A stretch of DNA of 64,000 nucleotides from an uncultured Oscillospiraceae bacterium (GTDB taxonomy: Bacteria; Bacillota; Clostridia; Acetivibrionales; DTU013). How positions within the stretch are numbered: position 1 is the stretch's first letter; the number at the start of each line of letters is the position of its first letter. Shown one piece after another: positions 1 through 9,965 of the stretch. The notes under the pieces were generated by a model that saw only the letters and a list, made by a program, of their open reading frames with translations, made no database searches and was not told the DNA's origin. The DNA is taken from NCBI GenBank assembly GCA_964490975.1, contig CAZBEQ010000010.1, positions 8,837 to 72,836 of the forward strand, read 5' to 3'. The position numbers were made by a program, and so were the translations under genes.

Positions 1-628
1 TACCCACTCGCGCAGCCGCCGTGACAGGTACGATAATGTAATCATCCTGCGTGCTCGTCTGCCCCGATTCCACCTCGTTCAGAACACCGACAACAGTAAA
101 AATAGCACCGTTTATCTTGATTTTCTGTCCAAGGGGGTCCTCTCCGTAAAACAGTGTATTTTCTACTGCAGTCCCAATTACCGCAACCTTGGATCTTCCC
201 TCAAGATCACTGTCCAGCAAAAATCTACCGGATGAAACAGACCTGCTGTTTATTTCCTCATATTCCGGCGATGTGCCCAGCATCGTAGTCGTTTTCATGC
301 TTTTCGAGCCGTTTTTAACTGTTATGCCGGAAGTAGAGAGCGATGGAGCGATACCTGATATAATATCACTGTTCTCATCTGCAAACTCCTTCAGCTGTTC
401 ATATGACACTTTACGATTGCTTCCTCTGCCGGTTATGTTTATTTGGATAAGATTAGTGCCCATGCTCGATATGGAATCGGTTATATTCTTTGTAGTGCCC
501 TGTGCATAACCGACTGCCGCAATTACCGCACCTACTCCGATAATGACTCCAAGCATTGTAAGTATTGAACGGCCCTTGTTTCCCAATATACTTTTTATAG
601 CCATTTTGTAAGCTTCAAAAAGGCCCAT
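1..628 (-). CDS. ABC transporter permease, MacB/FtsX family (N-terminal part; the C-terminus lies beyond the window edge)
   Basis: Absent from the ORF track because it runs off the window. The reverse-strand ATG at 626-628 abuts the stop of the ATPase gene. My translation starts MGLFEAYKMAIKSILGNKGRSILTMLGVIIGVGAVIAAV, which is a typical MacB N-terminal TM helix followed by a periplasmic domain. Confidence 0.8.
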   Translation of the reverse strand, partial: MGLFEAYKMAIKSILGNKGRSILTMLGVIIGVGAVIAAVGYAQGTTKNITDSISSMGTNLIQINITGRGSNRKVSYEQLKEFADENSDIISGIAPSLSTSGITVKNGSKSMKTTTMLGTSPEYEEINSRSVSSGRFLLDSDLEGRSKVAVIGTAVENTLFYGEDPLGQKIKINGAIFTVVGVLNEVESGQTSTQDDYIIVPVTAAARVG

Positions 629-1306
629 TCAACTCACCTCCGCATCGCTGTCTATCTGACCGTCTACTATCCTTATCACCCTGTCTGCCTGTTGTGCAAT
701 ACTGTTGTCATGCGTTATCAATATAACAGTATTGCCTTTGTCGTGAAGTTCATGGATGATTTTCATGATATCCTGTCCGGATCTGGTATCCAGGTTGCCG
801 GTAGGTTCATCGGCCAGCAGGATCGGCGGGTTGCTGACAAGCGCCCTGGCTATAGCGACTCTTTGCTGCTGTCCTCCCGAAAGTTCGTTCGGCGTATGCC
901 TGACACGTTCTTCAAGGCCTACGGCCGCAAGGGCTTCAATAGCTCTGCGATGCCTTTCCTTTTGACTTATGCCCCTATATATCAGCGGAAGCTCAACATT
1001 TTCTATGGCATTCAATTTTTTCAGCAAATTGAAGCCCTGAAATATGAATCCGATCTTTATGTTACGGATATCAGCCAGCTCGTTATCGTTCATATTGCTT
1101 ATCTCTTTCCCGTCAAGCATATAACTGCCCGATGTAGGTACATCAAGACAGCCCAGTATGTTCATCAGCGTCGACTTGCCGGACCCGGACGGACCTGTTA
1201 TAGCAACAAATTCATGTCTTTTTATATGCAATGTCACGCCGTTTAGAGCTGCCACACTGTTATCACCCATACTGTAAACCTTTTGGATATTGCTGAGTGT
1301 TATCAT
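629..1306 (-). CDS. ABC transporter ATP-binding protein (MacB/LolD-like)
   Basis: 225-aa ORF with Walker [10 protein letters not shown], signature LSGGQQQR and Walker B LLADEPT. ATG at 1304-1306. Confidence 0.92.
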   Translation of the reverse strand: MITLSNIQKVYSMGDNSVAALNGVTLHIKRHEFVAITGPSGSGKSTLMNILGCLDVPTSGSYMLDGKEISNMNDNELADIRNIKIGFIFQGFNLLKKLNAIENVELPLIYRGISQKERHRRAIEALAAVGLEERVRHTPNELSGGQQQRVAIARALVSNPPILLADEPTGNLDTRSGQDIMKIIHELHDKGNTVILITHDNSIAQQADRVIRIVDGQIDSDAEVS

Positions 1307-1315
1307 ATCGACCTC

Positions 1316-3307
1316 CTAAAAGCCCTTTCCTCCGCCCATCATTCCTCCCATGGGCATACCGCCTCCGCCCATCATGTCTCCACCCCTGTCCTGCTGCGAG
1401 CCGCGCTCGTCAGTGGTGCTCGATGAAGAAGCGGCAGTCTTAGGCAGCAATACCTTCTGCCCCTCGGAAAGACCGCTTGTTATTTCTATATAAGTGTCAT
1501 TGCTGATTCCTGTTTCAACTTCAACCATGGTGTACCCGTCATAATAGGAATCAGTACCGGCTCCCATTCCTTTTCCCATCCCTTGCCTGCGACCGCTGGT
1601 ACTTTGAGAGGTGCTTGCCTGACCGCCTACGGCATTGCCGTCTTCCTGCGAGCCATTGCCTGTACTGTCGGGGGCCTTCGGGATAGTATTCGATCCTGTT
1701 GCCGGATCAGATACGGCGCTACCTTTGCTGCTGTTCGTGTCAGTGTCCTGACTGCTGCCTGGTCTGACTGGTCTGCTTCCCGGGCTACCATTTTCCCCTG
1801 CATTTGGCCTGCCTGCAGATGGATTCTCCATATTGCTTTTTTGTGCCGACCCTCCTGTTGCGTTTACATAGACAAAACTCTTGTTACCGATTTTCGTTAT
1901 TGCTTCAACAGGAACCATCAGCACATCCTGCTTGTCGCTTATATATATCTCCGCATCGATATTCATGCCGGTTTTCAATTTTCCCGCTGCATTATCATCT
2001 ACCGAGACTGTTACGGGATATGTGGTAACGCCATTCTGACTGCTGCCCTCCATTGCAACATTGCTCACCTTTCCGGTCAACGGATCTGACTGCGTATCCT
2101 CAAGTGCTTCCGCAGTTATTTCTACTGACTGGCCTTCAACTATTTGTGAAATATCCAGTTCATCTATATCAATTGAAAATTCTAGACGACTCATATCAGA
2201 AACAACAGCAAGCATTTCGCCCTGCTTCACTGTATCCCCTTCACTGGTATTTCCCATGCTTGTTATCGTGCCGTCAAACGGTGCTTTTATAGTATAGTAA
2301 TCAAGCTGTTTCTGTTTGATTTCCAATTGTGATTTGAGGTTTTCAAACTTTATAGCATTAGTTGAGGATGTTAGAATAAGATCATCATTTTCCAATTTAA
2401 CAAGTACATCTCCGGCATCAACTGACTCATTCTCCCGTACATTCAGTTTAGCAATGGTCCCGCCCGCCTCACTCCTTATAACCTTTTTTCTGACGTATGC
2501 AAGAGTGTCGCTTCCGGCACTGTCGGTCACAGTATCACCTGCAGTTATCTCTGCCGTCACCTGCATCCCTTCCGAAAGCGATCCCGGATTGTCCACAGTT
2601 ATCTCAATATTGTATACAGCAGAGCCTGATTCCGACAAATACGGCTTACTGCTCATATATGTAACATTCCCCTCAACAGAGATCAGCAGCTCCGGTATGT
2701 AAACAACAGCCATCTGACCCGGCTGCACCTTCTCAACAGCTGTACTGTTGAAAGGTAAAGTAACGCTCAGCTTTGACACATCTGTCAGTGTCATTAATGC
2801 TCCGTCCTTGTTAATGTTGTCCCCTTCCTTCACACTAATATCTGTAACCTGACCCAAATAAGGAGCCATCACTGTAAGTCCCTTGATACTGCTATATGTA
2901 CTGTCGATAGTAAGCTGCATCTGTTCAATGCTGTTTTTCGCATTTTCTATGTCCAACAGTGCATCCGTATTATCAAGAACAAACAATACATCGCCTGCCT
3001 TTACCTGATCCCCCTCTTTGCAGTTGATCTGCTGCAAAGTGGCAGTCACTTTGGGTGACAGCTCGCTCCTGCTTGATGAAACAACAGGTGCCGAGCCTGC
3101 GATGCTTTTTACGAGCCTGCCCTTGACAACTGTTGAAGTCCTTTGCTCCACAGCTGTTCCCGCATCTGCTTGTTTGGTTCTGATATAAATGAATACACCT
3201 CCTGCAATCAATGCTGCAATCAGACAGACAGCAATGACTCTGAATGTTTTTCTCCTTTTACCTGCTGATACAACACCCTTTTCTGACCCTGGTATTACCG
3301 TATCCAT
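1316..3307 (-). CDS. Efflux transporter periplasmic adaptor subunit (HlyD/MacA family) with a long low-complexity C-terminal tail
   Basis: 663-aa ORF with an N-terminal TM anchor and biotinyl/lipoyl-like hairpin motifs (GDQVKAGDVLFVLD, GDTVKQGEMLAVV). RBS GGAGG lies upstream of the ATG at 3307. The gene sits immediately upstream of the ABC ATPase and permease. Confidence 0.8.
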   Translation of the reverse strand: MDTVIPGSEKGVVSAGKRRKTFRVIAVCLIAALIAGGVFIYIRTKQADAGTAVEQRTSTVVKGRLVKSIAGSAPVVSSSRSELSPKVTATLQQINCKEGDQVKAGDVLFVLDNTDALLDIENAKNSIEQMQLTIDSTYSSIKGLTVMAPYLGQVTDISVKEGDNINKDGALMTLTDVSKLSVTLPFNSTAVEKVQPGQMAVVYIPELLISVEGNVTYMSSKPYLSESGSAVYNIEITVDNPGSLSEGMQVTAEITAGDTVTDSAGSDTLAYVRKKVIRSEAGGTIAKLNVRENESVDAGDVLVKLENDDLILTSSTNAIKFENLKSQLEIKQKQLDYYTIKAPFDGTITSMGNTSEGDTVKQGEMLAVVSDMSRLEFSIDIDELDISQIVEGQSVEITAEALEDTQSDPLTGKVSNVAMEGSSQNGVTTYPVTVSVDDNAAGKLKTGMNIDAEIYISDKQDVLMVPVEAITKIGNKSFVYVNATGGSAQKSNMENPSAGRPNAGENGSPGSRPVRPGSSQDTDTNSSKGSAVSDPATGSNTIPKAPDSTGNGSQEDGNAVGGQASTSQSTSGRRQGMGKGMGAGTDSYYDGYTMVEVETGISNDTYIEITSGLSEGQKVLLPKTAASSSSTTDERGSQQDRGGDMMGGGGMPMGGMMGGGKGF

Positions 3308-3515
3308 TCAATTACCTCCAAACTTTTTTGTGATACTGAGCATTGTTAAGCTCCACTTTTCCATTTTTACACTAAAACCTTAAAAGTTCCTTAAATGCAT
3401 ACGGTTTTTTGATCCCTGATTGTTAACATTTTGTGAACATTTATGCATGACAAATCAACAGGCTGCTTACGCCCTCGTGTTTCATAGTACCTGCCTTCAT
3501 TATTCAGTCTGAGAA

Positions 3516-4493
3516 TCATTGCGTGAAATTTTCTTCGATTATAGAAGATGCTTTTCTCTTGTCGTAGACGTACCACCATACACCATTGAGTAATTGGCTT
3601 TCACCAGGCAATACAAATGTCTTTATACTATCGCTCCTGACTTTTACCGCACTGCCGGCATATCTGGAAATATCCGATATGGATATATTGGTTTTTACAT
3701 GTTCATCAACTATGGCAAATATATCATCTATCTTCAAAATATAGTTGATATTCAGCTTCTGATCTATCAGCGCCTTAATGAAATCCTGCTGCATCTTTAT
3801 ACGGCCGATATCGCCCTCCATATATCCCTGTCCCTTGTAATTGCCTTTCCTGTAACGGACAAGCTGTTCAGACTTTTTGCCATTGAGCAGCTGCATGCCC
3901 TTTTTCAGATGGATATGTAGATTCTGCGTCGGATCATCGTAATCCATCCTGAATGGAACATAAAATTTGACTCCGCCCAGTGCATCAATAATTTTTCTGA
4001 AGCCCTCGAAATCAGCGGTAATGTAATAGTGGACCGGAAGCCCCGTGATCCTGGATATTTCTCTTGCAACTCGCTTCTCCCCGCCCCTTGAATAAGTGGC
4101 ATTGATCTTTCTGTATACCCTTCCGGTAAGGATCCTGGTATCTCTTGCAATCGACAGCATATTAAGGGACAACGACACAGGATCAAAATTGATTAGCATT
4201 ATGACATCACACCGGGTCTTATCTCTGTCAAGGCCGAGGACCATAATGTTGACAGGCGCTGACGCTTCATCTGTCCCCTCCGAAATCTCCGAACTTTTCG
4301 GGCTTTCCAGTCTCTCAGCTTCCAATAATATATCCGCGCTGTATCCATTATCGTTAAAATCAATGTAGCTTATGGGTTCCGGCACAATTTCGAGCATATT
4401 ACCAGCATACACCAGCATAAAGTACAAACCGTTTGCACTCAGCGCAAGCAGCACAATTAAAGCAGCTATGAATACAAGTCTGGTTAGCCTCAT
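3516..4493 (-). CDS. LCP (LytR-CpsA-Psr) family protein
   Basis: The ORF contains VLGLDRDKTRCDVIMLINFDP and RDTRI, typical of the LCP fold, plus an N-terminal TM anchor. I chose the start at ATG 4491-4493 (preceded by GAGG). The track ORF extends to a GTG at 4538. Confidence 0.78.
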   Translation of the reverse strand: MRLTRLVFIAALIVLLALSANGLYFMLVYAGNMLEIVPEPISYIDFNDNGYSADILLEAERLESPKSSEISEGTDEASAPVNIMVLGLDRDKTRCDVIMLINFDPVSLSLNMLSIARDTRILTGRVYRKINATYSRGGEKRVAREISRITGLPVHYYITADFEGFRKIIDALGGVKFYVPFRMDYDDPTQNLHIHLKKGMQLLNGKKSEQLVRYRKGNYKGQGYMEGDIGRIKMQQDFIKALIDQKLNINYILKIDDIFAIVDEHVKTNISISDISRYAGSAVKVRSDSIKTFVLPGESQLLNGVWWYVYDKRKASSIIEENFTQ

Positions 4494-4676
4494 AATAACC
4501 TCGGTGACAACAGACCTCAAAAGTCGCATTATTTTCACTTAGTATATGTCTGCCGCAGGTTTTAATTCGCATGTGAGACTCGCAAAAAAGCCTGCAGCAT
4601 TAAATGCAGATATATCCGCATTTTATACCACAGGCCTTTTAAATCTGAGAGAAAGTCGCTTATAACACTTCGGTTC

Positions 4677-4705
4677 AACGAGGTGGGGCAAATCTTGGCC
4701 TCGTT
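4677..4705 (-). terminator. Hairpin overlapping the dapL stop codon; member of the TTCAACGAGG repeat family
   Basis: AACGAGG (4677-4683) pairs with CCTCGTT (4699-4705). The flanks are shared with the copy at 5960-6006. Confidence 0.5.
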
Positions 4706-5945
4706 ATAACTTTAGCCTTGTCTTTATACGGTCAACGGCACGTTCTGTATTTTCCCTGCTTCCAAAGGCAGTTAACCTGAAATAGCCCTGTCCACTCGGA
4801 CCGAAACCGGCTCCAGGTGTTCCGACAATATATGCCTCGCCAAGCAGTTTATCATAGAAAGCCCATGAGTCAATGCCATTTGGTGTTTTCATCCATATAT
4901 ACGGTGCATTTACCCCTCCGAAAACCTCAAGCCCGATATCCATAAGTCCTTTTCTTATAATAGAGGCGTTTGCCATATAGTAATCTATCACGGTTTTGAT
5001 CTGTTTTTTACCTTCCTCACTGTACACCGCTTCGGCAGCTCTTTGTATGATATATGCAACACCATTGAATTTAGTGGTTTGCCTCCTGTACCAAAGCTGA
5101 TTGAGCGAAACCCTCCTTCCGCTTTCACTCTCAGCCATCACACCCTTTGGTATGACAGTGTAAGCACACCTGGTACCTGTGAAGCCTGCGGTCTTGGAGA
5201 AGCTTCTGAACTCGATGGCTACATTCTTCGCGCCATCTATCTCATAAATGCTGTGCGGGATATCAGGTTCGCTGATATAAGCCTCATAAGCAGAATCATA
5301 AAGTATCACACTATTGTTTTGTTCCGCATATTCTACCCATTTCTTCAGCTGTTCCCTTGTAATGGAGGCGCCGGTTGGATTATTCGGGAAGCAGAGATAA
5401 ATCATATCTACCCTTTCGGACGGCAATTCAGGCGAAAAACCGTTTTCAGATGTACACGGCATATAGACGACTTTGCTGAAACGTCCGCTCACACTGTCGT
5501 ATTCGCCCGTCCTGCCTGCCATAACGTTGCTGTCCAGATACACAGGATAAACAGGGTCAGTTAGAGCAACTACATTGTTTACCCCGAAGATTTCCTGGAT
5601 ATTTGCTGTATCGCTCTTTGCGCCGTCGCTAATGAATATTTCATCCATATCAAGCGAAACACCTCTTGATTTGTAGTCGTTCTCAATTATTGCTTTTATA
5701 AGAAAATCATAACCATAGCCGTCAGGTCCATATCCCTTAAAGGTTTTTTCATCAGCCATCTCATCAGCAGCCTTGTGAATGCCTTTGACGATCTCCGGCT
5801 GCAGCGGCCTGGTCACATCACCAATCCCCAGACTTATAACATCTGCCTCGGGATGTGCCTTCATAAAATTATTCCTTCGCCTTGCCACCTCTGCGAACAG
5901 GTAGTTTCCGGGCAGCTTCAGATAATTATCATTTAAATATGCCAT
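4704..5945 (-). CDS. dapL: LL-diaminopimelate aminotransferase
   Basis: The N-terminus [20 protein letters not shown] and the aminotransferase class I motif [12 protein letters not shown] match the DapL family. The start at ATG 5943-5945 is preceded by AGGAG. The track's GTG at 5954 is too close to the RBS. Confidence 0.85.
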   Translation of the reverse strand: MAYLNDNYLKLPGNYLFAEVARRRNNFMKAHPEADVISLGIGDVTRPLQPEIVKGIHKAADEMADEKTFKGYGPDGYGYDFLIKAIIENDYKSRGVSLDMDEIFISDGAKSDTANIQEIFGVNNVVALTDPVYPVYLDSNVMAGRTGEYDSVSGRFSKVVYMPCTSENGFSPELPSERVDMIYLCFPNNPTGASITREQLKKWVEYAEQNNSVILYDSAYEAYISEPDIPHSIYEIDGAKNVAIEFRSFSKTAGFTGTRCAYTVIPKGVMAESESGRRVSLNQLWYRRQTTKFNGVAYIIQRAAEAVYSEEGKKQIKTVIDYYMANASIIRKGLMDIGLEVFGGVNAPYIWMKTPNGIDSWAFYDKLLGEAYIVGTPGAGFGPSGQGYFRLTAFGSRENTERAVDRIKTRLKL

Positions 5946-5975
5946 TATTCCCACTCCTTTATAACACTTCGTTTC

Positions 5976-6000
5976 AACGAGGCTACATTATAGCCTCGTT
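5976..6000 (-). terminator. Hairpin overlapping the dapF stop codon; member of the TTCAACGAGG repeat family
   Basis: AACGAGGCTA (5976-5985) pairs with TAGCCTCGTT (5991-6000). Confidence 0.5.
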
Positions 6001-6824
6001 ATATCAATTTCTCCATCGAATACCTTGACAGCCGGGCCTGTCTTGTAGACATGGCCATCAGCCTCATTCCACTCTATCAGCAGCTCTCCTCCTGGAAGCA
6101 TTACAGTCACACTCCTGTCACACAGTCCGTTGAGCACAGCTGCTACAACAGATGCGCAGGCACCTGTTCCACATGCCAGCGTTTCGCCTGATCCCCTCTC
6201 CCACACTCTCATTTTGATTTTGTCCCGGCTGAGGATCTGAATAAACTCAACATTGGTCTTTTTGGGGAAAATTGCATTGTTCTCTAACTGCGGACCATAT
6301 AAAGGCAACTCACTTACATCGTCTGTAAAGATAACCGCATGAGGGTTACCCATTGATACACAGGTCACATTGAATATCCTGCCTTTTATTTCTACCGGCT
6401 CATCAATAAACTGTTCTTTAGAACTGATCACAGGTATACGTGCAGATTCAATCGCAGGCTTGCCCATATCTACCCTTACAGCAGCAACCTTTCCTTCAGT
6501 GACCTTCAGCTCAAGTATCTTAATGCCAGCCAGCGTTTCAAGCGTTATTCTTTCCTTATTGATGATCCCATTTTCATAGACATATTTCCCGATACATCTG
6601 CTGGCGTTCCCGCACATTTCCGCCTCGGACCCGTCGGAATTGAATATCCTCATCCTCACATCCGCAACATCCGATGGCATGATCAGGACAAGTCCGTCAG
6701 AACCTATGCCAAAATGCCTGTGGCTGATTTTTTGCGATAAAATTGCAGGATTTTGCAAGTTTTCATTCATACAATTGACGAATATATAGTCATTTCCTAT
6801 TCCATGCATCTTTGTAAACTTCAT
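5988..6824 (-). CDS. dapF: Diaminopimelate epimerase
   Basis: [16 protein letters not shown], the two catalytic Cys contexts (MCGNASRC and LACGTGACA) and a length of about 278 aa. ATG at 6822-6824 with an upstream GAGG. Confidence 0.9.
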   Translation of the reverse strand: MKFTKMHGIGNDYIFVNCMNENLQNPAILSQKISHRHFGIGSDGLVLIMPSDVADVRMRIFNSDGSEAEMCGNASRCIGKYVYENGIINKERITLETLAGIKILELKVTEGKVAAVRVDMGKPAIESARIPVISSKEQFIDEPVEIKGRIFNVTCVSMGNPHAVIFTDDVSELPLYGPQLENNAIFPKKTNVEFIQILSRDKIKMRVWERGSGETLACGTGACASVVAAVLNGLCDRSVTVMLPGGELLIEWNEADGHVYKTGPAVKVFDGEIDITRL

Positions 6825-6980
6825 TTTTGCAGCCTCATTTCTTGCTTCTTGCAAATATTATAACATGCAATCATTGAATGGCAATAGATAATTTAAATAA
6901 TATGGCCAAAAATATTGAGATTGACTCTTGCATTTTATATAATCAAAAGGAAAATAATACATATGAATGGAGGTACCGCC

Positions 6981-7886
6981 ATGAGTGAAGTAATAATCAA
7001 AAAAGTTGAATACAAAGGGTGGAAAAATTGTATTGAAATCACCAACGGTATAATAGATCTGATAGCAACGACCGATGTGGGACCGAGGATAATTCGCTTT
7101 GGCTTAGTCGGCAAAGAGAATGAATTCGTGGAATTTGCAGAGGATATGGGCAAGACCTGCTCGGAGGAATACGTATTTTATGGAGGCCATAGGCTCTGGC
7201 ACGGACCCGAGGATTTGGTACGCACCTATCAGCCTGACAATACGAAGGTTGCGTGGAGAAAGAAAAAATATGGCATAGTTCTCTCACAGGATACAGAGAC
7301 ACAGGCACAAATCAAAAAGGAGATGGAAATCTCCATGAGTCCGGACTCTGCCAGGATATCGATAATTCACAGGCTGACAAACAAGGGGCTTTGGGACGTG
7401 GAGTTCGCTCCCTGGAGCATCAGCATGATGGCGCCCGGAGGCGTAGAAATCGTACCACTGAACACCCGTGATACAGGCTTGCTCCACAACGGCAGCATAT
7501 CGCTGTGGTCATATACCAAAATGAATGACAAGAGAGTTAACTGGGGCGAAAAATACATAACTTTGTCACAGGATGAAAAAGCCGATACAGCATTCAAGAT
7601 CGGATTGCCGAACGAATCCGGCTGGGCAGCATATGCAAACCATGGGCGACTGATCGTGGTCCAGCATGAACACGAAGACGATATGGAATACCCCGACGGC
7701 AACTGCTCCTATGAAACCTACACCAACAGCAGGTTCCTTGAGATGGAGACACTGGGGCCGGTCGTACTGCTGGCACCCGAAGAGACCATTGAGCATATCG
7801 AGACCTGGTCGATTTATGACAACATATCGAGGCCGAAAAATGAAAAGGATATCGAGAGCAGTATCGTTCCGATGATCGGCAAGTAA
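6981..7886 (+). CDS. Conserved hypothetical protein, beta-rich (DUF4380 / galactose-mutarotase-like by recollection only)
   Basis: Long ORF. The ATG at 6981 is preceded by GGAGG. The domain assignment is from memory and was not verified. Confidence 0.55.
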   Translation: MSEVIIKKVEYKGWKNCIEITNGIIDLIATTDVGPRIIRFGLVGKENEFVEFAEDMGKTCSEEYVFYGGHRLWHGPEDLVRTYQPDNTKVAWRKKKYGIVLSQDTETQAQIKKEMEISMSPDSARISIIHRLTNKGLWDVEFAPWSISMMAPGGVEIVPLNTRDTGLLHNGSISLWSYTKMNDKRVNWGEKYITLSQDEKADTAFKIGLPNESGWAAYANHGRLIVVQHEHEDDMEYPDGNCSYETYTNSRFLEMETLGPVVLLAPEETIEHIETWSIYDNISRPKNEKDIESSIVPMIGK

Positions 7887-8057
7887 AGGCTTAAAGCGCT
7901 TAAAGCAATGCTTTGTATGAGTCCCGGATTTGCTTAGGTCCGGGACTTCTTATCAAATATCTAGTCACAATTAATCTATGAAGGGACTTGACAATGCACT
8001 TTGGAATTTAATACGGCAGCAGGAAAGCTAAAGAAATCCAAGTTATTTGCACAAATC

Positions 8058-8438
8058 ATGAACAAAGACTTTCTCGCACAGGTGATACGGTATCTGGTCA
8101 CCGGATTTTCCAGCGCAGCCATAGAATTTACACTTTTATTTATATTCAGGGACCTCGCAGGCTTATCCATTCTAGCCGCAAACACAGCAGCGCTGGCAAT
8201 AGTATTCTGGTTCAATTTTCTCGTGAACAGGCTTTGGTCCTTCAAATCAAAAATGAAACTCAGCAAGCAGCTTCCGATGTATCTTGTGCTTTTTGTTATC
8301 AATATAGGCGCTTCAGATCTGATAATGTATCTTTTGACAGACAAAGCCGGAATTCAATACCTTCTGGCAAAAGTTTTCGCAATAGGCGCAGTCGTCAGCT
8401 GGAATTTCATACTCTATAGGAAGGTGATTTACAAGTGA
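8058..8438 (+). CDS. GtrA family membrane protein
   Basis: FLAQVIRYLVTGFSSAAIEFTLLFIF plus four predicted TM helices and a size typical of the GtrA family. The start is uncertain (ATG 8058 or TTG 8001). Confidence 0.72.
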   Translation: MNKDFLAQVIRYLVTGFSSAAIEFTLLFIFRDLAGLSILAANTAALAIVFWFNFLVNRLWSFKSKMKLSKQLPMYLVLFVINIGASDLIMYLLTDKAGIQYLLAKVFAIGAVVSWNFILYRKVIYK

Positions 8439-8931
8439 CATCCTCTCCTCAATGAATTGAGGAGCTTCCTTGTAGAAGGCTGGTCGCCTTTTTCACATCC
8501 GAAATTATGGTAAACATTGAGATATCATTCCCATCGCACTACTCACTATATCAACTTTAGGACTGAACTATACTGTAAAACGGCCATTTTTATAGCCTAA
8601 CGTCAATAAAACAAGCCTTTTTCTTAAAAACAGCGTCCTAAAATCGAAATAATGAGTAGCGCGGTCTGCTTCTTCCGTATACTTCTGCCATCCATAAAGT
8701 GTCAGGCGCATAAATCTACTTGATATATTTCCTGTCAGCCGCAATATCAGAGGCCGAAACAAATGGATTGTGGCATCTCTTCCTCTTTCTAGGCAATCTC
8801 ATCACTTTGGTAATAGAAATATTGTATTTTTCTTTCATCTCAGGGCTAACGACATAATCAAAAAAGCCCCCTTGGGGCAATAAGCTACAAACGCTAAAAA
8901 GCCTGATAAATCAGGCTTTTTAGACAAAATG

Positions 8932-9016
8932 TGGTGGAGGGGGATGGATTCGGACCATCGAAGTCACTGACAACAGATTTACAGTCTGCCCCCTTTGGCC
9001 ACTCGGGAACCCCTCC
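8932..9016 (-). tRNA. tRNA-Tyr (GTA) with long variable arm, CCA encoded
   Basis: The reverse complement reads GGAGGGGTTCCCGAGTGGCC...CTGTAAATC...GGTCCGAATCCATCCCCTCCACCA. The acceptor stem GGAGGGG/CCCCTCC is intact. Confidence 0.9.
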
Positions 9017-9118
9017 ATATAAACCATGCGCGGTTATTTTGACCAGCGCATGTTATATATTACATTACGAAGTATAGCTTTGTCAAGTGCGAAAGTCCAT
9101 GTTTTTTATGGAATTTCT

Positions 9119-9835
9119 TCATGCAGTTATCAAGTGACAGCCTACAAGCTTGATATACTGTCCGTCACTGACCGTAATATACTTTTCAGTCTGGAAATTG
9201 TCATTTGATATTATGCTGTTCAATTTACCCGAAGAATCCTTTGCTATCTCAACATAGCTGCCTATCGCTGCATCATCGGGGACAAGCTTGTACTCACCCG
9301 GCTCGATATCTCTGTTGGCTTTATACATGCCTTCATTATATCTGCCGTCCTCAGCCCGGAGTACAGGCGCTTCAGCGGCCGGATAGCCCACAGCGTCTCT
9401 GAATTCAAGGTACTGTCCTTCTGCCGCCGTGACATATCTGTTCCCAGTAAAATTATCATTTGAAACAATACTCTCAAGATTTCCTGTACTGTCTGAAGAT
9501 AGCTGGTAATACGCAGCAAAAGCAGATTCGCTGATAAGCATATATTCGCCTGCGGGCAAATCCTTACCTATCTTGTACATACCAGACTTTATAGAAGCTT
9601 CCGCAGCTGTACCGGCGTCGGGTGCTGCCTGGACATTATCCTGGGCTGTGTTTGGAACTGTACCCTGTGTCGCATTATCGGTATTATCCGTTGTTGTCGG
9701 ATTCTGCGCACTGGGTGCAGGTGCGCCTGTATCATTATTGCCAAGGCTGCCGGCAATCCCGATTACTATTAAAACCGCCAGTACCCAGAACCACCATCTT
9801 TTGAAAATACTCTTTTTTACCTTCTCTGCGCTCAT
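9119..9835 (-). CDS. Membrane-anchored hypothetical protein with an internally duplicated ~65-aa domain
   Basis: N-terminal TM helix (WWFWVLAVLIVIGIAG) and a low-complexity linker. The repeated blocks are GMYKIGKDLPAGEYML...SNDNFTGNRYV and GMYKANRDIEPGEYKL...SNDNFQTEKYI. Confidence 0.7.
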   Translation of the reverse strand: MSAEKVKKSIFKRWWFWVLAVLIVIGIAGSLGNNDTGAPAPSAQNPTTTDNTDNATQGTVPNTAQDNVQAAPDAGTAAEASIKSGMYKIGKDLPAGEYMLISESAFAAYYQLSSDSTGNLESIVSNDNFTGNRYVTAAEGQYLEFRDAVGYPAAEAPVLRAEDGRYNEGMYKANRDIEPGEYKLVPDDAAIGSYVEIAKDSSGKLNSIISNDNFQTEKYITVSDGQYIKLVGCHLITA

Positions 9836-9965
9836 AATAATCCCTCCCGAAATACATTATGTCCAAATCAAGAAGAGATTATCGGCAATCAGGCTGTAGA
9901 TGAAAAATCAGAGGAAACACTCACGTCCCTCTGATTTGTCATCTTTGTTATATTCTTTATATTTT

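Noticed and set aside
692-1246. Long antisense ORFs inside well-supported genes (for example 692..1246, 13462..14010, 15257..15877, 57168..57746, 57795..58376)
   Set aside because: They lie opposite genes with clear family motifs, have low-complexity or Cys/Ser/Leu-rich translations, and are typical shadow ORFs.
8440-8930. Possible transposase or IS remnant (41-codon MKEKYNISITKVMRLPRKRKR... frame and the 64-aa track ORF 8568..8762)
   Set aside because: The frames are short and interrupted with no recognisable transposase motif and no terminal inverted repeats, so the evidence is too weak to call.
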